NCBI GenBank assembly: GCA_043228905.1
Contig: JBHGNT010000003.1
Location: forward strand, 22,444,001 to 22,508,000
DNA: 64,000 nt
From: Azolla caroliniana
Taxonomy: Eukaryota; Plantae; Polypodiophyta
Direction of reading: 5' to 3'
Under the pieces are notes generated by a model, which saw only the letters and a program-made list of their open reading frames with translations, ran no database searches and had not been told where the DNA came from. Below are positions 25,791-35,290 of this stretch, one piece after another (the stretch's first letter is position 1; each line of letters begins with the position of its first letter). A program made the translations under genes and the position numbers.

Positions 25791-27440
25791 ATTGCGGGTG
25801 GATATTTGTGTAACCAATAAGCAATGACCTTTGCAAACAATTCATATCTCTACCCATTAAAGGAATAGGTTGCATTGAGTAAAGAATGACACACATGGGA
25901 ATTGAGGCAAGAGCTTCAACCAACCAATCTTCCATGTTTGAAGCATGTGGCTTGAATTCAATAATTGCCAAACATAATCATCGATGGTTGCTCCATCTAC
26001 TAAATTAGAATGATTTGGAGAAGATTTGCACAACCTTTGCGAAAGGCGCAATTTGAGAGAAATGATCTCTTTCTCTCTCTCATGACTCATTGTGAATATG
26101 GACCACTTGGAAGATATGTGGATGCCCACGCTTTGCACACAATATTGCATGTGAGGTAAATTGCAATCATTGAGACATTCTAGAACCTATCCTTTTGTTC
26201 ATCGTCAGATTCAACACCATTGCTTCAATGGGAGAAAAGGCATGTATGAAGAGGGACTACGTATATTTTGGCATGAACATTTTTGTGAATCTTGGTGTGA
26301 CACTCTATTGCAACACTCTACCTTCAAATACACAAGTTTGCTTGCCCCAAGCATGTCCATATACACATTTCTCTTCAATAATTATGTGCACTCTCAATTA
26401 AATTAAATTGGGCATCAAGAGTTACTTACCAATGCCCCACACACCAAGTGAAAAATGATGTGATTTCCTAAGTCATACTTGACCTTTGAGAACAATGATT
26501 AAATCTACCTTTCCCTTTGGTGAAAGTATTGTTTAACAATACTACTATGTGCTAAGAAGCACAATGTCCTTACAAATGTGTCATTGCATCACATGACGAC
26601 ATTGAAACACTCTCTTTTTTAACAAGCAAAACTGGAAAATATTATATGTTGGTTATTTTCTAGGTCCTAGGTGTATTGATTGGCTTCAAATGTCACGTTC
26701 TCTTCACATGTTTGACATATAGTGCAATTCGTTCAAGATATGATGACATATTAAGAGGGAGTGATAACTTAAGTGCCATACTTAAGACACCACCTAGAAG
26801 GTTGAGCTCATATGTGTATGACATATTCACTCATAGAGACTTTGTGCTTCAATGTATGAATTACCCTTTTTAGGAAGGAGACACATAACAAAACACATGT
26901 ATACTTTGGTCCCATGGGCCTCTTTATTGACGATAAAAAATTATTACTATTATTATTATTATTCTTTTTGGTAAAATCACACAATTATATTAATTGCATG
27001 TAAAAAAACCACTATTACAACTTGTAAGTCGTGTTTACGTATCTACATAGAGAGATATGTATCCATATCATTACAAACCATGAATATGTCTCCCAACATC
27101 CCATACCTTTCTTATTAGACCAAATGACGAATGTGATGCCCATACCTTTCTTCTTCTTCTTCTTCTTCTCTCTCTCTCTCTCTCTCTCATGGTCATCATC
27201 CTCAAACATTCGCAGATATTATATTGCTCTTTGAGGATGATAACAAACCTACCCATCTCTTTAATCTCTACACAAAGTTCTCTCCCAATAAATATGTTCA
27301 CTTTCGATTGCAAGGTTTGATTGTAAAATTCATGAACATTTTAATTCATACATATGAAAGTGCGTGCCGTTGAAAACGGAGGGGGTAATTTTCTCATGAT
27401 TGGTATATACAAGTTCCCATCCACGATAGAGGGAGATTAT

Positions 27441-27772
27441 GCACTTTCAAACTTTGTTGCGTTTAAATCACAAGGTTAGGGAGCATATGAATATGAATAT
27501 TGACACTAAAGGCAAGAGGTCAAAGCATGAGCCAATAAAGATGTAGATATGTATAAAACTCAATGAAATGGCAAAAAGTGCATAGCCATGGTCTCATTAT
27601 GACCAAGCACTTTCAAACTTTGCTGCTTTTAAATCACAAGGTTAGGGAGCACATGAATATGAATATTGACACAAAAGGCAAGAGGTCAAAGCATGAGCCA
27701 ATAAAGATGTAGATATGCATCAAACTCAATGAAATGGCAAAAAGTGCATAGCCATGGTCTCATTATGACCAA
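27441..27772. repeat. Tandem duplication, ~166 bp x2
   Basis: GCACTTTCAAACTTTG...CTCATTATGACCAA starts at 27441 and 27607. Confidence 0.9.
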
Positions 27773-28526
27773 AGAAAAAGGCGACAACTTTTGTAAGCTT
27801 CATTGCAGGATGCAAGGGGCATGTGATATGACGTTAGAACTTGATAAGGTAAGGTCATATTGGGATTTCGTGTGTGTGCCATATACATATGACCACCACG
27901 AAAGAAGTGTGAAAACGTATCAAGATTATTAGGGTGTTATCGGGAGCATTGAACTAAAATATGTGCATCAACAAGACAAAATCAAGGTTCCGTAAATTTG
28001 CCCATGCTAATCAAGGTTCCCAAGGCTCTTAGGATGAGAAAGAGAGTGTTATGTGTAGATTAGGTCTTTAACTATATTTGCTTGTTGCTTCACGACCTAT
28101 ACGTACATACATGACAAATATGTATGTATATATAGGTATATATACGAACACATACACGATGATGAATGTATGTATGTATATATAGGTATATATACGAACA
28201 CATACACGATGATGAATGTATGTATGTAGTATATATACTCGTGTCAAACTATTACCAAATCATAAAGAGGGTTGGTAGGGAATCACGACCACAAATGGTG
28301 CATGGTGCTTGGTTGAGGGCATGCGTGATTTGCACCATCCAATGTGGATAAAAAATTTGCATGCCAATAAAAAAGTGATGGACTCTAACCGTCATACATA
28401 CATATAAGATGCCCGACCCACTCAGTAGCAATCGCCTGACTCAAATGAGAAGCCCATTAATATACATGGAAAACTTAAAAAAACTCTAAGCGCAATAAAT
28501 AAAATAGACATCCAAATGTTACAACA

Positions 28527-28586
28527 TGTAAAGAATCAAGAGATGGATTCTTGTGAAGCGGAATAGGTGTGAACTGTGTGTGTGTG

Positions 28587-28651
<65 letters not shown>

Positions 28652-29698
28652 ACGCAAGGTTCAATATATTAACAAAGGAGAAAGACACAACTAAATACAA
28701 GGTGGGAGGAGGGTGCTTTATATAGTCACCCTCTCTCTTCATTAACGACAAGGCTCATGGAGCATGGGGAATGTGAAAGCTCATAAGTTATGTGTCATAG
28801 AATATGATTCTATGACTCATACTAAATGCTAGAATACAAAGAGGTGACTTAATGGTGACTCTTGACCGTTGGAGTGTCTATTCACTCTCAAGGTGAGTTC
28901 ACACACTAGACCAAGTTAAGCTTGATTCTCAACACGCCCCCTCAAGCTCAAGTCGGGTCGGTTTCAGACGGTATCCGAAATCCACTTCGACTCGCGTTCC
29001 GGAGTGCGCGTCGATTCGTGTTGACTCGCTTTATGCGGAGTTGTGGAATCCGTGCTCCAGCTTGCATTGTGCATAGTTGCAAAGTCTGTGCTTCAACTTG
29101 CGTCTTTCTTCGCGGCTTTGCGCGGTAGATCGGCTCTTTGCGGCTTCGTTGCGTGGTTGCGTAATCCACGCTTTCTTGTGTAGTGTGCGCGGCTTGTGGA
29201 ATCCACGTGTTATTGCATAATGTCTTCAGTACTCCCCCTCAAGCTTGGCAGGTTAGGGATCGTCAATCCGAGATCGGTCATGAATTGCTAGAGCTTGTCG
29301 GCTCCTAAGGCTTTAGTGAAGATGTCGGCCATTTGAAGATTGGTGCTAATGTGTTGTAGGTCGACATCGCCAGCTAGAACACGCTCTCAGATGAAGTGAT
29401 AGTGCACTTCGATGTGCTTTGTCCGCGCGTGGAACACCGGGTTCCGAGCCAGATAGATACTGCTCATGTTGTCGCAGTAAAGGGAAGTCAGATCCGTGAT
29501 GGGTACACCCAGATCCTTCAAAATCCTCTTGAGCCATACGGCTTCACACGCAGCTACGGTTGCGCCCCTGTATTCTGCCTCCGTACTCGAAAGAGCGACG
29601 GTAGGCTGCTTCGTGCTACTCCAGGATATTGCTCTGCTGCCGAGGGAGAAAACAAATACGGAGGTTGATCTTCTATCGGCTTTGTAACCGGCCCAATC
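28527..29698 (-). mobile_element. 3' remnant of a second Ty1/copia element (RNase H pseudogene, PPT, 3' LTR 28527-28934)
   Basis: Minus-strand translation [47 protein letters not shown] contains stops. PPT-like GAGGGGG precedes TGTTGAGAATCAAG. LTR termini are inverted (TGTAAAGAATCAAG / CTTGATTCTCAACA), with a (GA)n run inside. Confidence 0.88.
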
Positions 29699-30101
29699 TG
29701 TCAAGATTCGAACTCTTGACACGACCATGTTATAATCTACTATTATGAGTTAACCAAGATATCTAGTACTAGTTATGTATGTAATTGGTCCTTATTATTT
29801 TGCTAGCATCATGTGCATAGTTTCTCCCTTGTAGTATTTACACTTGGCACATGCATGCATACCTACATGCTCTATTATAGATTCACATGCGTGCAACAAG
29901 TATGCATGCCATGTAGTATAAATAGAGGAGTTCACCTTGAAGGAATTCAAGGTGAACAACACCAGTTATGGAGTCTTTCCTTTAGTACTATCTTCTTTCT
30001 TGTCCATTTGGCTATCTTCTTGGTTGTCTCTTGAGTTTATGATCCGTGACAGTTTGTTCACCTTCCCATCCTCATAGCTCTCCCTCTCATAAGCCATAGC
30101 T

Positions 30102-31118
30102 ATGTCCGGCTCAACTAGTGAGTTAGGCCAAATAATCGTAGCCTTACGACAACTACAACTTGAAAATGAAGCTCTTCGAAATTCTTTACAAGAACTTCAA
30201 GTCGGTACCTCCCTATCCTCACAACCCTTGAACCCTAGTCTCCCACAACAACCTAGCCTAGAGCCCGAGCTTCTACCAACATCTAGCCTAGCTTCGTCAC
30301 AGTTTCTTGAGCCTAAGGTTAGCCTCCCAGAAAAATTTGATGGAATGAGGTCGCGTTTCCGAGGGTTCATCAACCAAGTTCGACTTATCATTCGGCTACA
30401 ACCTCAACGTTATGGAGATGGTCTTCGACAAGTCGGCCTTGTGGGCACCCTTCTCTCCGGTCCGGCCCAAGCTTGGTTTGCACCATTGGTAGAAACCTCA
30501 TCACCTTTATTGGAGGACTTTCCCGCCTTCCTCGCCGAGTTAGAGGCCACATTTGGAGAGACAGACCGACGACGTACAGCTCTTAACAAGATTTATGCAC
30601 TCGAACAAGGTTCACGTGCAACTTCGGTCTATGCTTCCGAATTTCGACAACTAGCATGCGACGTCAATTGGGATGATCAAGCTTTAGCTGATCACTTTCG
30701 GCGTGGTCTTCGAAGCAATGTCAAGAATCTTCTCTTAAACTTTCCGGAGCCCACCTCGTTATCCCAAGCGATTTCACAAGCAGTCCATTGTGACAATCGT
30801 CTTTTCGAATTTCACCAAGAAGAGCGCCGGACTTGGGTTCCACCTCATTCACTTCCACGCCACGCCCTGGTCATACAACCCCAAGCATCCTCACACTCGC
30901 CTACTTCGGCAGATGCTCCTGTCCCCATGGAAATTGATCAAGCCCGATTTCAGCCATTGACTGATGTTGAACGACAATTTCGGCGGGCTAATGGCTTGTG
31001 CATGTATTGTGGCACCTCCGGTCATGTCGTTCGCCATTGTCCTAGGAGTACTCGCCCACAATTCCATCGAGCTAACGGACCCCAACATCCGGAAAACGAC
31101 ATCGTTCGGTTGCAGTAG
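30102..31118 (+). CDS. Gag of gypsy element A (PEG10/Ty3-like capsid plus CCHC knuckle), 338 aa
   Basis: PEKFDG..RFRGF capsid motif, QG..Y..EF..LA..W, and CMYCGTSGHVVRHC; frame is open. Confidence 0.88.
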   Translation: MSGSTSELGQIIVALRQLQLENEALRNSLQELQVGTSLSSQPLNPSLPQQPSLEPELLPTSSLASSQFLEPKVSLPEKFDGMRSRFRGFINQVRLIIRLQPQRYGDGLRQVGLVGTLLSGPAQAWFAPLVETSSPLLEDFPAFLAELEATFGETDRRRTALNKIYALEQGSRATSVYASEFRQLACDVNWDDQALADHFRRGLRSNVKNLLLNFPEPTSLSQAISQAVHCDNRLFEFHQEERRTWVPPHSLPRHALVIQPQASSHSPTSADAPVPMEIDQARFQPLTDVERQFRRANGLCMYCGTSGHVVRHCPRSTRPQFHRANGPQHPENDIVRLQ

Positions 31119-33367
31119 GAGCCATGCAACTGGACATCTCCCGTCGCCCACATTCTCTTGGTTCCATTGCCGGACCATCTGGCAATTTCACATTGGAGGT
31201 ATGGCTTTCGTTTAACTCTAGTTCCATTCAGTCTATTGCTTTACTTGATTCCGGGGCATCTTCTTGCTTCATCGACGTGTTTGCCCAAGCACATGGCGTA
31301 CCTGTCGTTGGCCTCTCAAAACCCATTCCAGTTGAAGCCATCGACGGGTGCGTCCTCTCGTCAGGTGCAATTACTCAAGCTACAATCCCATTAGGGCTTC
31401 GGGTGGGCTCACACCAAGAGGAGCTCACCTTTTACCTCATCGCATCTCCTTGACATCCGATCGTCTTAGGACTAACGTGGTTGGAGGCGCACAATCCAAT
31501 AGTGAATTGGTGCAACCGCTCGATCACATTTAGCAAGCCAAGATGCTCGTGCAAAAGTATGAAGGTAAATTCAGTTTCCTATCCTTCAGAGACAGTCGAC
31601 TCCGAATTGACTACCCCATCATCCGTTCAGGATGGGTTTGTTTGTGGCGCCATTTCTAACACACTCCATGTTATTCCCGAAAAATACCAACACTTCTTCG
31701 ACGTATTTGAAAAATGTAATGTTGATCGGTTGCCTGAACACCGGCTCTACGACTGTCCGATTGATCTTCAAGAAGGTGCGTGTCCACCCTTTGGTCCTCT
31801 ATATGCGTTGTTTGCACCAGAGTTGAAGGCCCTTCGTGTGTATCTCGATGAGAACCTCGAGAAAGGCTTTATTCAACCTTCTAAGTCACCAGCCGGGGCC
31901 CCCATTTTATTTGTGAAGAAGAAGGACGGCTCTCTACGCTTATGCGTCGACTACCGAGGTCTCAACAAACTCACTGTGCGCAACCGCTATCCGCTACCTC
32001 TGATCCCCGAACTCCTTGATCGGCTCCGAGTTGTGCGTGTCTTCTCCAAAGTTGATCTGCGTGGAGCGTACAATCTAGTACGCATCAAGCCGGGGGATGA
32101 ATGGAAAACCGCATTTCGAACACGGTATGGGCATTTCGAATACAAGGTAATGCCTTTTGGTCTTACTAACGCTCCCGCAGTTTTTCAACATATGATGAAC
32201 GATATTTTCCGGGAATATCTTGATCTTTTTGTTGTCATTTACCTCGATGATATTCTCATTTTCTCGCCAAACATGGAGGAGCACACTCGCCAAGTCCGAT
32301 TAGTTCTTGCCAAACTTCGCGAGCATGGCCTTTATGCCAAAGGTGAGAAATGTGAGTTCGACCGTACCTCGATCGAATTTCTGGGCTACATCATCTCGCC
32401 CACTGGCATCACCATGGATATGAAGAAGGTCTCTGTCATTCAGGCGTGGGCGACTCCAAGGCGACTTAAAGATGTGCAATCCTTCCTCGGCTTCGCGAAT
32501 TTTTACCGTCACTTCATCAAGGGGTTTTCCACCCTAGCACAACCTCTTATCGCTCTCACCCATAAAGGCACTCCATTTTTATGGACCTCGGAGGCACAAA
32601 ATGCGTTTGACTCACTCAAACACGCATTCATCACTACCCCGGTGCTACTACATGCCGACCCCACAAAACCCTTCCAAGTCGAAACCGATGCCTCTGACTT
32701 TGCCATTGGCGCCATCTTATCCCAAGCAGACGACAACAACCTAATGCACCCAGTGGCTTACTATTCCCGAAAATTTACGGCATCCGAAATCAATTATCCC
32801 ATTTACGACAAGGAGCTTGCTGCTATCATTGCTGCCTTTGAAGAATGGCGACCCTACTTGGCCGGCGCACAACATCGTGTCTAGGTAGTGACTGATCATA
32901 AAAATTTAGTTTATTTTTCCACCACTCGTACTTTGAATCGAAGGCAGGCCCGTTGGTCGACATTTCTCGCCAACTACGATTTTGAGATCGTATTTCGACC
33001 TAGTGGCCAACATGGGAAGGCTGATGCCCTTTCTCGCCAAGCTGACCTTGCACTCCGCCCTGGGGATGCTGCTTATGCTCAACAATCTAGACGTTTGTTG
33101 AAACCCGACCAATTGCATTTGTTTGCCACTTGTATGTTGCAGGATGATTCTTTACTCCAACAAATCACTGATGCATCCAAGACCGATGCGTTCGCCAACG
33201 AGATTCGAGATAGTCTGCAAAACCCCTCCAAGGCGACCAAAAGGAAGGATCTTGACACCTTCACCATACAAGAGGGTTTGTTGTTCCGAGATCATCTCTT
33301 ATACGTCCCAGAGGGCCCATGTCGCACCCGGGTGTTGCGGGAATGCCACGATGACCCACTTGCAGGG
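31091..33367 (+). pseudogene. Pol of element A in the -1 frame; in-frame stops at ~31451 and ~32882; truncated
   Basis: ORF pieces 31124-31453, 31481-32884 and 32888-33379 are colinear PR-RT-RH-IN(zinc-binding). Confidence 0.88.
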
Positions 33368-33389
33368 TTTAGGGTTTAGGGTTTAGGGT
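33365..33389 (+). repeat. Interstitial telomeric repeat GGG(TTTAGGG)3T at a TE-TE junction
   Basis: TTTAGGG x3 at 33368-33388. Confidence 0.92.
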
Positions 33390-33678
33390 GTCTATGTGGG
33401 TGTTTTGGTGTTCTCTTACCTCCGTTTCTGTACATAAGGGCGTGAGCTGGGTCGGCGTGGTGCATGTGTGTGTGTGTGTGTGTGTGAGTCGGTGTCAAGC
33501 GCACTCTCTCTCTCTCTCTTTCTCTCTCTCGTTTGGTTGGTTCCGGAATGTGTCCGGAATCGTCTTCTAGGCTTCCCTTCTTCCCTCATCCGAGACCCTT
33601 GTGGTTCCGCCCTTCTACATGCACGCACGTAACAACGCGACATATTTGGTGAACTTGACGTGAAGGCGGCAAGGGAGA

Positions 33679-34857
33679 ATGGAGCTGGAAGAAGACGACT
33701 TCATGCAACTTTTTGTCGAAGCGGTGAGGGAGTTTGGACGGGCTACAGCAAGACGAGAGTCAGCGCAACAAGTGGTTGAGCGGGTGGTCGATCGAGTCGG
33801 CCGTTTTAAAGGGGACAAGGTCCCATTTTACTTGGAAGCCTACAACGCCGAAATGGAAGTGCGTGGCGTAGACGAGGCGTTGAGGTTGGAGTTCTTCTGT
33901 TGGGTCGTAGCTGTCCGGATGCATGCCGAAGTAAAGGACCTCCGTGAGGCTCATAGTTCGTGGGAGGCCTTCGAAGAGGCACTCCTAAAGGCATACGGAG
34001 GGCGGCCGAAAGGCCGGGGAAAGCGTGACTTCGACCAATGGATATCGTCGGCGAAGACCCACCGGGGCGCAATGAAGGCGTTCCGAGAGTACGAGCGGCG
34101 GCTTGCTCAGCTCCTGGAGCGGGAGCAAGGTTTGGTGGGGGCGAACAAAGTCCTGTTGTTCGTTAAGTCGATCGACCGAGCGGAACAAGAGGCCATCGGA
34201 ATTGAGCTCGAAGATGAGGACGGAGCGAATGGCCTCACTAAGGATTGGTCGAAGGTCGGAAGGGTGTGCCAACGGCTAGATGACGAGCGAGCCGAGAAGG
34301 CTAAGAGGAAGGCGTGCGACGACGTGCCATCACAGTGGGAAGAGGCCGAACGGCAAAGAGAGTCGGCAAGGGTCGACGTTGGAGCCAGGATTGCGGAGGC
34401 GTACGAAGCTCTTGAGGCGATGCTCGAGGAGGAGGAAAGATCGAGGCCGCAAGCCGAGACCGAGGAGACAGACTTGCCCCACGTGATGGCGGAAGACCGG
34501 TACGACGGTACGACGGGAGAGGGTGTGGAACATAACACCCTCTCAACTTGCGGAGAATTGCCGACCGAGGACAAGGTCGGGAGCGGAGAAGAGCCCTCCA
34601 CGCGGATTCCGGAGACTCCGGTGGTCGAGCCCGTGTGCCGACATGAGACCAGAGAGAAGGAAGGCGCCGACGAGGAGTCCTGGCACGATGCCAGCGAAGA
34701 GGGATGGGAAACGACCTGCGAGGAGGCCAAGGACGGAGGCGGCACGGAAAGATCGGCATTCCGATTCGGATGGAGCGTGATCTGGATGTGGATGACTCGA
34801 TCGAAACCGGCCCAAGGTGCGAAAGATCAGGGACGGACTATAGAGCCCGATCGGTAG
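33679..34857 (+). CDS. Gag-like protein of element B (capsid-like N-terminus, acidic low-complexity tail), 392 aa
   Basis: ATG lies 15 nt after the PBS. GRFKGDKVPFYLEAY...SWEAFEEALLKAY resembles a retrotransposon capsid. No zinc knuckle seen. Confidence 0.65.
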   Translation: MELEEDDFMQLFVEAVREFGRATARRESAQQVVERVVDRVGRFKGDKVPFYLEAYNAEMEVRGVDEALRLEFFCWVVAVRMHAEVKDLREAHSSWEAFEEALLKAYGGRPKGRGKRDFDQWISSAKTHRGAMKAFREYERRLAQLLEREQGLVGANKVLLFVKSIDRAEQEAIGIELEDEDGANGLTKDWSKVGRVCQRLDDERAEKAKRKACDDVPSQWEEAERQRESARVDVGARIAEAYEALEAMLEEEERSRPQAETEETDLPHVMAEDRYDGTTGEGVEHNTLSTCGELPTEDKVGSGEEPSTRIPETPVVEPVCRHETREKEGADEESWHDASEEGWETTCEEAKDGGGTERSAFRFGWSVIWMWMTRSKPAQGAKDQGRTIEPDR

Positions 34858-35290
34858 GGCTCGGTTCGGTACGATAGTGCTGACGCAGAAGAGGGTGCGA
34901 AACAAATCGCCCTCTTTTACATGAGGACACAAGCCGGCCAGGCGAAGGCCGCAAATCAGGAAGCTAGCGATCGAAGTTGCGGAGAGAGACCGGCAGGTTT
35001 CGGACACCGCTGCCCGAAACTTCGGACATTGGAGAATCAAGTGTAGTCGGCACTTGATCGATCGAAGTCCAGATGCTTCTCACCGAACGTGCTTGGGAGT
35101 GGTACCCCGAACGAGCGTCCGCAAATCATTACGGGACGGAAACACCACGTCTTATCCGAAGACTCAGGCAGCCAGCAACGAGCGCCAGCGTGAGACCTGG
35201 AGAGATGGGAGATGGAGGCGGGTACGCGAGAAGGAGAGCAACGACGAGTTCGGGAGAAGTACAAAGGATGAAGAGGAGAACGAAGACCGG

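Larger units (their letters stand above)
29699..33367 (+). mobile_element. Ty3/gypsy element A (Tf1/sushi/Tcn1-like chromovirus type), 3'-truncated in integrase
   Basis: LTR 29699-30051 with TATAAATA at 29917 and no tRNA PBS. Then gag, protease LLDSGAS, RT (DLRGAYN, MPFGLTNAPA, YLDD), RNase H (ETDASD, DKEL, TDHKNL). Sequence ends at ECHDDPLAG, followed by telomeric repeats. Confidence 0.9.

Noticed and set aside
22700-26430. Possible decayed Helitron or hAT coding remnants
   Set aside because: Only vague protein-like fragments, with no diagnostic motif recognisable without a search.
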